A stretch of DNA of 63,763 nucleotides, the filler included, from Squatina squatina (lineage: Eukaryota), in assembly GCA_031763465.1 (NCBI GenBank). It is 4 parts of 4 records of this genome, joined end to end, with 100 filler letters (N's around TTAATTAATTAA, not from the genome) between each part and the next. Parts side by side here need not be neighbours in the genome. Positions count along the whole stretch, not along the records: positions 52,252 to 63,763 come from JARFOE010177862.1; 3 more parts are not named here. One strand, given 5' to 3'. The position numbers and the translations under genes were made by a program. The notes beneath the pieces were generated by a model. The model saw only the letters and a program-made list of their open reading frames with translations. It made no database searches and had not been told where the DNA came from. The number at the start of each line of letters is the position of its first letter. Within the stretch, counting starts at the first letter, position 1. Shown piece by piece: positions 52,152 to 63,580 of the stretch.

Positions 52152-52251
52152 NNNNNNNNNNNNNNNNNNNNNNNNNNNNNNNNNNNNNNNNNNNNTTAAT
52201 TAATTAANNNNNNNNNNNNNNNNNNNNNNNNNNNNNNNNNNNNNNNNNNNN
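52152..52251. other. Artificial contig spacer (44N-TTAATTAATTAA-44N)
   Basis: Identical structure to 19563-19662. Confidence 0.97.
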
Positions 52252-52410
52252 CCCACTTTCCCTGCCCCTGCATTTGCTTTATAACCTGTTACATCTCTAA
52301 CTTTTTCCAGTTCTGACAAAGGGTCATCAACCTGAAACGTTAACTCTGTTTGTCTCTCCACAGAAGCTGCCTGACCTTCTGAGTATTTCCAGCATTTTCT
52401 GTTTTTCTTT
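52252..52410 (+). mobile_element. Penelope-like element terminal repeat fragment
   Basis: CTGACAAAGGGTCATCAACCTGAAACGTTAACTCTG...GAGTATTTCCAGCATTTTCTGTTTT; same tail at 46208-46270 and inverted at about 29815-29885. Confidence 0.6.
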
Positions 52411-52444
52411 GTTTATTTCAATGGACATTTATATTTGAATGGCA

Positions 52445-53200
52445 TCACAGAATAGTACAGCACAGAAAGTTATCATTCGGTCCAACGAGTCTGCTCCAGC
52501 TCTTTCAAAAAGCAATCCAGTTAGTCCCACTCCCCCGCTCGTTATCCACATCCCTACAATTCTTTCCCCTTCAAGGTTTTATCAAATTCCCTTTTGAAGG
52601 CTGCGATTGAATCTGTTTCCACCACTCTGTCAGGCAGTGCATTCCAAATTCGAAACATTTTTTTGCACAGACATTTTCCTTCTTGTCGCCTCTGGTCCTT
52701 TTGACATATAGCTTTCATCTGTGCCCTCTGGATATTTGACTCATAAGACATTGGCAAAAGTTTCTCTTTGTTTACTGTACCTAAACACTTTATCATTTTA
52801 AATTCTCTATCAAGTCTCCACTTAACATTCTCTGCCCTGAGGAGTAAACCCCAGCATCTCCAATCTGTCTAAGTAACAGTAATCCCTCATCCGTGGAACA
52901 ATTCTAGGAAATCTCATCTGCACCGTCTCTAAAGTCTTCAGGTCATTCCTAAAATGTTGTGCCAACAATTGGACACAATACTACAGCTGGGACAGTACTT
53001 GTGTTTTATAGAGATTTAGAGTAAATTCCTGTCTTTTGTACTCTCGGAGTCTATTTATAATACCCAGGATCCCATTTGCTGCATTGTTAACATAATCTGC
53101 CACATTCAAATAGTAGTGCACAAATGACCTCAGGACTATCTCTTCCTGCTCCCCCTTTAAACTTGTAAAGTTTAGGTTTTATTGTTCCATTTCATTCTTC
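52445..53200 (-). mobile_element. CR1 LINE 3' fragment
   Basis: RIWNALPDRVVETDSIAAFKREFD plus CR1 3' UTR. Confidence 0.85.
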
Positions 53201-53219
53201 CCACCGAAAAGGCTCAGTT

Positions 53220-54335
53220 AGAATCATAGAACCATAGAAAAATAAAGCACAGCCATTCGGCCCATCGTGTATGTGTCAGCTTGAAGAGCAAATAGGTGTT
53301 CATTCTAATCCCACCTTCCAGCACCCAGTCCGCAGCCCTGCAGGTTAAAGCACTTTAGGTGCTGTTTCAGGTACCTTTTAAAATACTTGAGGGCCTGTGC
53401 CTCCATCACCAATTTGGGCAGCGAATTCCAGACACCCACTACCCTCTGGGTAAAAAAGTTTTCCCACATGTACCCTCTAATCCTTCCACCAATCAATTAA
53501 ATCTATGTCCTCTGGTTCTTGAACTCTCCACTAAGGGAAACAGGTTCCTCCTGTCTACTCAATTTAAGCCTCGCATGATTTTGAACACCTCAATCAAGTC
53601 ACCCCTTCGCCTCCTCTGTTCCAGGGAAAACAACCCCAGCCTATCGAATCTCTCCTTGTAGCTGCAATTCTCAAGCACTGGCAAAATTCTCGTAAATCTT
53701 CTCTGTACTCTCTCCACAGCAATTATGTCCATTCTGTAATGTGGTGACGGTAACTGTGCACCATACTCCAACTGTGTCCTAACCATCGTTTTATACTCTT
53801 CCATCATTACATCCCTGCTATACCTCAACTAATAAAGGAGAGCATCCCGTCTGCCTTCTTCACTGCCTTACCTACCAGTACTGCCAACTTCAGGGACCTG
53901 TGCACATGCAGTCCAAGGTCTCTCACATCCTCGAACCCTCTCAATATATTCCCTTTTATTGTGTATTCCCTTTTACTGTGTGCCCTCCCTTAGTGCATTC
54001 CTACACACTTCTCCGGGTTGAACTCCATTTGCCACTATTCTGTCCAGTCAACCAACCCATTGATGTCATTTTGGAGTCTACAGCTATCCTCTCCAGTATA
54101 AGCTACAAGGTCAATTTTTGTATCGTCGGCAAATTTTGCAATCCTTCCCCTTCCCCCTGCCACCACATTAAAGTCCAAATCATTAATATATACCACAAAC
54201 AGCAAGGGACCCAACATTGAGCTCTGTGGAACACCACTGGATATGGCTTTCTAATCGCAAAGACATCCATCGACCATGACCCTTTACTGTTGCTGAGCCA
54301 ATTTTAGATCCAATTTGCTATATTTGCCTGTACTC
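53220..54335 (-). mobile_element. CR1 LINE, RT to 3' end, 5' truncated
   Basis: LGPLLFVVYINDLD, IAKFADDTK, ERVQRRFTR, RGDLIEVFKIM, FFTQRVVGVWNSLP; tail TAGAATCATAGAACCATAGAA on the + strand. Confidence 0.92.
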
Positions 54336-54374
54336 CATGTTTTTTTTAACACTGCACTACCCTCATCAATCGCT

Positions 54375-54605
54375 AGAGTTTAAAAGAATGAGAGGGAATC
54401 TCATTGAAACTTATAAAATACTAACAGTACTGTACAGACGAGATACAGGAAGGATGTTACCGATGGCTGGGGAGCCCAGAGCAAGGGATCACAGTCTAAG
54501 GATAAAGGGCAAGCCATTTCGGACTGAGCTGAGGAGAAATTTCTTCATCCAGAGAGTGGTGAACCTTTGGAATCCTCTACCGCAGAAGGCAGTTGAGGCC
54601 ACGAC
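54375..54605 (+). mobile_element. CR1 ORF2 C-terminal fragment in opposite orientation
   Basis: RMRGNLIETYKIL...RRNFFIQRVVNLWNPLP. Confidence 0.85.
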
Positions 54606-54629
54606 ATTAAATAAGAATATATTTATATA

Positions 54630-56400
54630 TATGTTTGTCTCATCCAATATTTCACACTCCTTCCCCTTAACTACTATGTCTGCATCATTCATTTCCTTTG
54701 TGAATACGGAGATAAAATACTCATTTAAAACCCTACCCACATCTTCTGCAAGTTTAACATCTCTGACAGGTCCCACATTTTCCTTAGCTATTCTCTTGCT
54801 CAGAATATACTGATAAAACATCTCGGGTTATCTTGAATCTTGCTTGCTAATATTTCTTCATGTCCTCTGTTCGTTTTCCTTATTTCCTTTTTTACTTCAT
54901 CCCTGTACTTTCGATACTCCTCTTGGCTTACTGAAGTATTAACTTTCCTGCGACAGTCATAAGCTTTCATTTTCTGCTTTATCTTGCCCCGTAGACTTCC
55001 AGACAACCAGGGGGCTCTAGGTTTGGCAGTGCCATCCTTTTTCCTTTGTGGGGACGTGTCTATTTTTTAACCGTAGAATCTCGCTTTTCAGTGTCTCCCA
55101 CTGGTTTGCCACTGATTTTTCCTCAAGTAGTGTCCAGTCCACTTCCGCAGGATCACCTCTCAGCTCTGTAAAAATTGCCTTCACCCAATTTAAAACTTTC
55201 ACTCCTGATTTATCTCTGTCCTTTTCCATAATAATGCTGAAACTAACTGAATTGTGGTGACTATCTCCAAAATGTTCACCCACTGTCAGTTCACCCACTT
55301 GCCCATCTTCACTTCCTGAAAATAAATCTAGAATTGCATTCCCTCTCGTTGCGCTTGTCATGTACTGGCTAAAAAAGTTCTCCTGGACACAGTTCAAGAG
55401 ATTTGCGCCTTCTGTGCCCCTCACACTGTTTGAATCCCAGCTGATGTTAGGGTAGTTGAAGTCCACGACGATTATTGCCCTCTTCCTTTGCACTCAGAAA
55501 TTTGCCTACATATTTGTTCTTCTATCTCCCTTTCACTATTTCGGGGTCTATAGTGCACTCCTAGTAGTGTGACTGCCCCTTTTTTATTTCGTCGCTCGAC
55601 CCATATGGCCTCATTTGATGATCCATTTAGCATGTCATCCCTTCTCACAACTGTAATTGATAACCAATAATCCTAGCCGACCTTTTCTTTCAGCCTTTCT
55701 ATCCTGTCTGAAAACTCGATATTCAGGGATATTGAACTGCCAAATTTGCCCCTCTTTAAGCCAGGTTTCCGTTATCGCAATGATATCATGCTACCATGTG
55801 ATATCTGTGCCGTCAGCTCATCTGCTTTGTTTGCTCTACTCCTTGGATTAATGTGTATTCCTTTCAACCCCTTCAAATTCCTGTGCTGAACATCTTTTAA
55901 CCTTTATTTAATCTTTGTCTTTCAGAGTCTCTGACTACTTCTAACTGATTTTCTACCTCCCGTTTCCTGGTCTGAAATTGTCGTATCTGAAACAGTCCTT
56001 TGGTTCCCATCCCCTTACCATACTAATTAAAACCCGCCCCAAAAGGACTAGAAAATACCCCCGCGAGGATATTGGTCCCGGTTTGTCTTGGGTGCAACAT
56101 GTCCAGTTTGTACAGGTCCCAACTTCCCCAGAATGCCTCAGGAATTTAAATCCCTCCCTCCTGCACCATCTCAAGTGGTCTATTCTCTTATTTCTGCTCT
56201 TGCTCGCACATGACACTGGAAGTAATCCTGAGATTACCACCTTAGAGGTCCTGCTTTTTAAGCTATCTAACTCCCTATATTCTGCTTGGTTGGCCTCATC
56301 CCTTTGTTTACCTATTTCATTAGTACCGATGTGTAACACGACCTCTGGCTGTTCACCTTCCCACTCCAGAATGTCCTGCAGCCGCTCGGTGATATCCTTG
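54630..56400 (-). mobile_element. CR1 LINE 5' half: ORF1 SGNH esterase and ORF2 AP endonuclease/linker, disrupted
   Basis: ORF1 LHIGTNEIG...KVVISGLLPV (55953-56339); endonuclease DFNYPNISW, AILDL, EHFGDSHHN (55017-55493); linker LNEYFISVFTKE. Confidence 0.9.
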
Positions 56401-56589
56401 ACCCAAACAGTTCAAACTGTTCTGCGTTGAATTTCATTTGCCAGATGTCATGTCCGCCCAATCCACTACCCTGTCTGTGCAGCAGTGAAGCCGATTTCTA
56501 ACTTACTCACTGCTTATTAAATGTCTTAAATGTCTTCTCCAAATTATGACAGTGTATCCTTTAAGTGCCCCTGGTGAACAACTCTGCAT

Positions 56590-57590
56590 ATCGCCCTCGA
56601 TTCGGAAATAGAGCCATTCATCACAGCTCTCTGTTTTCTGTCCATTAGCCAATTTTGTGTCCAGTCTGCCCTTTATCCCATCGGCTTCAATTTTACTACC
56701 AAGCCTAATATGTAGTATTTCTCAAAGCCTTTTGAAAGCTCATAGATACAACAGCAACTGCACTGCCATCATCCAGATCATCTGTTAATTCATAAAATAA
56801 ATCAATCAGGTGAGTCAAAAACGCTTTGCCCTTCACACTTCTGTGCAAGCTCTCCTTTATTTGTTCATGACAGTCCAAGTGCCTGTTACTTTTCTCCAGG
56901 ATTCTCCACCACCTACTTTAAGCTGACTGCTTTGTAATTGCCAGGTTTATCCCGCTTCCTTTTTTGAAGAAGGGTGCAACTTTTGCTGTCCTCCAGTCCT
57001 CTTGCACCACCTCTGTATCTGGCAAGCTTGATCCAAATTGGCCCGGTGGCAGAAAGTAAAAGGTGATTTTATTTGGTGATTGGAAGGTTGATTCCAGCGT
57101 GGTTCCATAGGATTCGATACTGGGTCCCCTGATTTTTTGTGGTGCATATCAATGTGTTAGCCTTAAATGGAGAAGGTGTAATCAAGCATTTTGCAGATGA
57201 AATAAAAAATGGCCGTGTTGTTGATAGTGAGGAAGAAAGCTAATGACTGCAGGATTATATCCATAGCTGGGCAGATGGGCACAAAAGTGGCAAATGGTAT
57301 TCAATGTGGAGAAGTGTGAAGTAATGCATTCGGAGAGGAATAACAAGGCAAGGGAATAAACAATAAATGGTGGGATACTGAGAATTGTATAGGACCAGAG
57401 ATACTTTGGAGTACACGTCCACAATGTAGCGGGACAGGTAGACAAAGTGTTAAGAAGGCTTACAGGATCATTTCCTTTGTTAGTCAATGCATTAAATAAG
57501 AATAGGGAGACTATGCTTCAACTGTATAAAGCATTAGTTAGGCCACAGCTAGTGGTCTGTGTAAAGCTCTAGTCACCACATTACAGGACT
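56590..57590. mobile_element. Two CR1 RT fragments in divergent orientation joined near 57020
   Basis: Minus piece EDWRTAKVAPFFKKG...MSFQKA...QNWL; plus piece ..GGRK..VP*DSILGPL...HFADE...KWQMVFNVEKCEVMH. Confidence 0.8.
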
Positions 57591-58159
57591 GCACCAATAA
57601 GTAGTCTAATAATTTTGCACTCACGTCTCTGGAGTGGGATTTGAACTGATAACCTTCAGAGTCAGAGATGAGGGCGCGACCAGCTGAGCCACAAATGAAA
57701 CGAGCGAGTAGGATGAGGCAATTCCACGAGAGGAGTCAATTCAACGCCTTTGATTTCCTTCTTGCATCCAGACCTGTAACGTAAATACATTGATCCTCCC
57801 CATCTACTTTTCTGTCAAGTGTTTGAACAAATCTGTGCAAATTTCCATTCTGCATTGACAGCGACAAAGATAATTGACTGTCAGCCTGGGGCCCTAGTAG
57901 ATACAAACCCCAGTCATCACGGTTCTGTTCCAGGTTATTCGCAGGAAGGATACATAAACAGTTATATGCGATCTCCAAAAGTTGCACCTGCTCCCCATGT
58001 CTCCCTGGATCGTTAAACCATCTGTAGAGAATGGGTTTGTGATTTATACACACATAAGTCCTCATTCACAATCTCGCAATATCATGAGGTAAGATGACGT
58101 GTACCGCAAGTTCAGGTGTTTGGTGCATAATATCTTAATTCAGTCAATTTCCCGGGTAC

Positions 58160-58548
58160 AGGAATGTCATGGTTATGCTGTTCAACTACAGACTTGGTGT
58201 TCTCGATTAATGGTTCAGATAATATGAGCTGAAATCCCACCATGCCAGCTTGAGAATTTGAATTTGGTTTCTGAAAAGATCTGGATAAAAAAGCAGTCAT
58301 CAGTAAAACTATGCATGAAGTTGTTGTAAAAACCCAACTGATTCACTGATGTCCTTTAGGGAGGAAAAGCTGCATTCCTGACCCAATCTGGGCCTATATG
58401 TAACTCTGGTCCCAAACCAACGCGGTTGAATCATAACTAGACTCTGAAGGGGACTCACAAGCCTCTGAGCTGTATGCAGGAGATCTCAGAGTTGGCTTAA
58501 ATGCCGATCTTGACAATGATGCCCACATGCAGAGAATGAATAAAAATA
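58160..58548 (+). mobile_element. Decayed SINE with LINE-derived tail
   Basis: AAATCCCACCATG...AAAAACCCAACTGATTCACTGATGTCCTTTAGGGAGG...GATGCCCACAT..GAATGAATAAAAA; related tail inverted at about 62735-62890. Confidence 0.55.
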
Positions 58549-61112
58549 ATTGAATGGATTAACATGTTCTTTTGTTACTCGGCTTCATGAGAAATTAAAA
58601 AGGTGAGAATTTATTGCTTGGAGATTATTTTGGGATAATTGGCCAACCAGTGATTATTGAAAATCTACAATCCAGCATTGGCGCCTATTCCTTCACTTTG
58701 TTGTTTAACATTCTGATAAAATAACCTTCGGTCGGGATACACGAAATGTCCCTCCGCTTATAAGACCGAGTGTGATATCTAGACTTACAATAAAGGTCAG
58801 CATTCCAGCTTTCTTTAAAAATCAACTAGTCTCCTCGGAAATAACTACAGGGAAGACAAAATGTTTGAACTCTTGCTTTGAGAAGCTATTGAAAGAACAG
58901 GGACAAACTCCACCCCCCGACCAATCGTTTATATCAGACACACCCCTCTGTGTTACTCCAGTGTCCCATCAGAAAGGCTCGCGAGTTCTAATGAAGGGTG
59001 CAGTGACCCGATCGGTGATCGATAGTCACGGGTAAGTTGTGCTAACTTCATAGAGTATACGCAATATATTTTACCAAAGAGACATTGCTTTTGTTGGTGT
59101 AAAATGGATCATGTGGCATTACCCGCCCGTTAGACCCGCCAGATGTTCCATTCCATTTACGGGGAAAACTGTTGGGGGCGGATGACAGCCCATTCGACAC
59201 CGCCCGCTTTCTACTATCATTCATATATAAAACTGTTACCCCCGCCCCACCGCCACAAATATTTGGAATTGTGAGAAGATTATCTGCATAAATATTATAT
59301 TATTCTCGGATTGATGGATATCTTCAATTCGAAATTGGTAGTTGTTCTGATGTCTTCAAGTGCAATCCAACAATTACGTACAATATCACAGGAAAATATA
59401 AAATGTGCAGACAGGAAAAGACCAGCTCTTCCGTCAAACCTTCCCACACCACGATGGCCGGAGCATTATCACAATCCTCCAACTTCCACCCCGGCAGCCA
59501 TGTGCTCTCTTGGGAGAGGCAAAATGCCAGAGTAAAAAATCACAGCTCCAATTCGGAAAAAAATAAGCTGGTAAATCTCTCTGCAGCCCCATCAGGCAAT
59601 CAAAATGAGTCCAGAGGATCAGATCGAAAACTCCTGTTTGTACTGATATGAATTTCCTGCGCTAATTGTTATGGATAGAAATTCCGAACTGCGGTTGGAG
59701 ACTTCACAACCGCTGATCAAATCATAGAATAACACAACACAGAATGAGGCTATTTGCTCCATCGAGTCAGCGCCGATAACTGAATGTGTGTATCCAATGT
59801 ATATTCACTGCTCCTCGCTATCATGTTTCAAAACTGTTATTTTCGCTATAAAAAAATCTGTAATTTTCTCATTTGAATGTTAAACACCGACACCGACTCG
59901 TTGGGCTGACTGTTCTATCATTTTTAGTGCTATAACTTCTATTCTTTATATTTCTTTTACTGGTAATTGCAGCAATGTCCTTTGTAATGAAATACGTACA
60001 TTCCAGAGCCTGCTTGAGCTAAAGTTACATTCTGAAATTAGAGGAGAGTGAAGTTATATGCACCCAAATCTCCGTCTGTTCAACAAGCAAGGAGCATCTT
60101 CGGTAAGATTATTTTTAACAACTGATTATTCAACTTTCATTTAAATCAATTCAGAATTAAAACTATGTCTTAGCGTTCAGCTGAAGTAAGACTAATTTTT
60201 GAATTGATGCAATTACATCTCTTTTTCGTTGAGTGATGAGTGTAACCTCAAACATGAATAGCACATTGTGTTAAGTACTTTATTATTAATATAGAGAACG
60301 GGATGAAACTTAAATGGGAAAATGTCCTCTCGGCTCTATTGGAAGAATTGCCTAGGTGTGCATGGCAATTTATTTTAGTTAGTAATGATTGTAAAATTCA
60401 TAAATAAATATACAAGCTGGAGATTTCAGGGCGACTATCAGACACAAAAAAGCAATTGATCATGTCAGGAACAATATGGCCATCGATTTGGAGCAAATCC
60501 ATTGCCCCGAGTAAATTTCACAGCTGAGCAGAAAGTTTCCTTCAGAGGTTTAGTGCTTTTTCGATCATTTTAGCTGAAGTATTAAAATCCCCAACATGTG
60601 ATTGGTGAAAACGAAGCATTCCTCCAAATTGAAAGGAAAGAGCCTCATGAACATCATATGAACGTGTCATATTGAGAGCTTCAATCGACATGATTGCGAA
60701 TCAGTAGAAAATAATTGGAGAGTCGGTGCCAGCCATTCCACAATGTCACAAATTTCCATCGCCTCATTATGTTATTCTAAAGAGTGTTGTTTAGTAAATA
60801 TTAAGTAAAATGTTGCCATTCTAATGTCTGTGGAACTGCCTTTTTATTCACTAAGGGTCGCTGGTACAGTCCTTATTTGCAACTTGGCAACTTCAGTGAA
60901 CATAGAGGAAAGGGTCGCCAGTCCCAATATTACCTCACAATCCGGTACAAAGGAAGCCCTGGTGAGACAGGGAGGCTCCCAGACTCATTCACCAACCACA
61001 AGACTGACAGTCCAGGAATTCAGATGGGAAAATTCAAAGCTCTGGGTGTAAGATTAAAGCCTATATTTGATACATTTATTCCTTCTCATTTAGATCACAA
61101 TTTCAACATGCA

Positions 61113-61861
61113 GGCCCTAAAATTGCGATCTGCCCAGAGGGGAACCATGTTCCTCGCACCCGGGGAGACATCACAAAAGCCGGTTATGGGGATGTACATT
61201 GTAAGCCCGCATAACTGGCATTTACGATCTGTCCAACGCCGAGGCTGCGAAGCCCATCCCCTGCGCTGAGCATTGCGATATTTTTGCAAAGCATTCTGCT
61301 GGGCATTTCTTGAAATGTTTCACGCTTGTTAAAACCAAGCATATCTGCTTGGTTTTACGATCTAAGGAAATGTTAAGAAATTTTAATTCAAAAAAATTAA
61401 TGGGACATTACTTTAAAACCATTCCCAGTTAGGTAAGTATGTTTTTAAACACTTTAAATTGTTTTTTTCAATTAATTTTTTTTTGTGTTATTTGTCTCCT
61501 TTTTATTGAATTTCAAAGATAAAATTTTTTATAACATGCTTTTTGATGTGATTGTGTTGTTTTTCATATTTTATTGAACTTTTGACAGTTCTTGACAGAT
61601 CGCTGAGAACTGTCAAAACTTCAGTGAAAGATACACTGACCTGATTGGCTGGGGCCTCCCATGTGACCTCTCCGGCCTCTTCAGTTTCACGTGCCCGGGA
61701 ACCGAGACAGCCCCGCTCCGAATCTCCAACTCGCAGGGGCGGGGGGAGGGGGCCGAAGTTCGCAAACTCCCGTGGATCCAGGACCCTAAGGTAAGTACAT
61801 CATTTTTTTTGCTATTGGAGGCATCCACATGCAGGAAGTCTCCAATCGCAATTTCACTGCC
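61113..61861. mobile_element. Complete Harbinger-type MITE with internal hairpins
   Basis: TIRs GGCCCTAAAATTGCGATC / AATCGCAATTTCACTGCC (14/18); 3-bp duplication GCA at 61110-61112 and 61862-61864. Confidence 0.8.
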
Positions 61862-62049
61862 GCAATGTTTTACTTCCAAGATGCGTTGAGTAAATTGGGT
61901 TCGAGTCTCTGTGCTTGGGAACAGCATCATTTTGCTGATGGAGGTTCGTTCCCGTCACTACTCATAGCAAACTTGTAAACAACTTCATTCTGATCGCATG
62001 CAAAATTTCGCTGGGACTACTAACCTGAAAATATGTCCATGAGTACATT

Positions 62050-62710
62050 TATAGAACCGTGGAACCATAGAATGGTTGCACCATCAAAGCAGGCCATTCG
62101 GCCCATCGAGTCCGTGTCGGCTCTGTGCAAGAGCCAGTCAGCGAGCCACACTCCGCCGTCCTTATCCCGCAGCCCTGCACCGTTCTTCCTTTCAGGTATT
62201 TGTCCAACGCCCCTTTGAAAGCTGTGATTGGCTCTGCCTCCACCAGCCTTTCAGTGCATTCGAGATAAAAAACCACTCGCTGCCTAAAAAACATTTATTT
62301 CTGTCGACTTTGGTTCTTTTGCCAATTAACTTAAATTTATGTCCTTTAGCTCTCGACCCTTCTGCTAATGGGAACATTTTGTCTCTATCCTCTCTGTCCA
62401 GACCCCTAATGATTTTGAACACCTCGGCCAAATCTCATCTCAATTTTTTCTGCTCAAAGGACAGCAATCGCAGCTTCTCCAAGTCCATCCAGGTAACTGA
62501 AGTCCCTGACACCTGGAATCATTCTCTTAAATCTATACTGCAACCTCTCTAAAGCCTTCCCAATGTGTGGTGCCCTGAACTGAACACAACACCCCAGTTG
62601 CGGCCGAACCAGTGTTTTATTCAGATTCATCATAATATCCATACTTTTGCACTCGACACCTCTCGTCATGAAGCCCATGATACCGTATGTTTTTTTATGT
62701 GCTTTCTCAA
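62050..62710 (-). mobile_element. CR1 LINE 3' fragment
   Basis: KTLVRPQLGCCVQF, ALERLQYRF, EVFKIIRGLDR..KMFPL plus 3' UTR. Confidence 0.88.
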
Positions 62711-63008
62711 CCTATATAAGCTATACATTTTAAAATTTATCGTGGGGATTAGGGCCTCACCAGCAGGGTCAGCATTTATTTCCCAGATCCTTTGGCTTGA
62801 GAAAAACTTGGTGCCTCACCTTGTTGAACAGCGGCAGTCCATGTGGTGAAGGTGCTTCCACAGTGCTCTGAGCCAGGGAATTCAAGGTTTCTTACCCATC
62901 TCTCTCTACTTCCCCCCACTCTCTCACTCACACATATACTGTTATGTTCTGTATGATGTTATACGTGTTAGCTTTATTTTCCACAGTCCGATACATGTTC
63001 TCTTTTAG

Positions 63009-63119
63009 GATCTGCAGCTGCTGTTGGGAATAGTTTTTATAATATGCTGGCCGCCTTTAATTCTGACTCCAATATTGGTGGCTGGAGCAAAAAGAACACA
63101 TTTGTGTGGCGGGCTGTCG
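63009..63119 (+). other. Candidate internal exon (111 bp) of an unidentified gene
   Basis: Pyrimidine-rich acceptor tgttctcttttag, donor TCG|gtgagt, length divisible by 3, open in two frames; no recognised homology. Confidence 0.45.
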
Positions 63120-63580
63120 GTGAGTTTCTGTTCAATGTCTGTAATAGAAACTGTTTGCAGGAAAGAAGATCTGGCTCAAGTAATTAGAGGAGGTGCTAGA
63201 CTTTATTATAATTTATGCATGGAAGTGTAGCGCTTTGCTGTAATATTCTTCTGATTGTTGCTATTTTATCGGAGGCATCAACCATTCCATACCGAATAAC
63301 ACTTCCGTTAAAGTGGCGAAGAAGTGAGATATCAGACGAATGAAAATTCCGATGGCAAAGGCAGAAGCAGTAAATAATGCACCAAGATATATTTAAAATC
63401 TCTATGCATAGAGATGTTATTTGTTTATTGCTGTCATAGTCAACCTTTGGTGGTCTGTGAATAATCAGCCAGAAAATTATGTTGAAGCATTTAAGAGAGA
63501 TATTATAGTTCGCTCGAATGATAATGAGGGCAGAATTATTGTAAATTACGATGACAGGTTGCCTGGACTAGATTTATATT

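Noticed and set aside
63009-63090. GPCR TM6-like motif (FIICWPP) in the candidate exon
   Set aside because: No flanking TM5 or TM7/NPxxY sequence; too short to call a GPCR.
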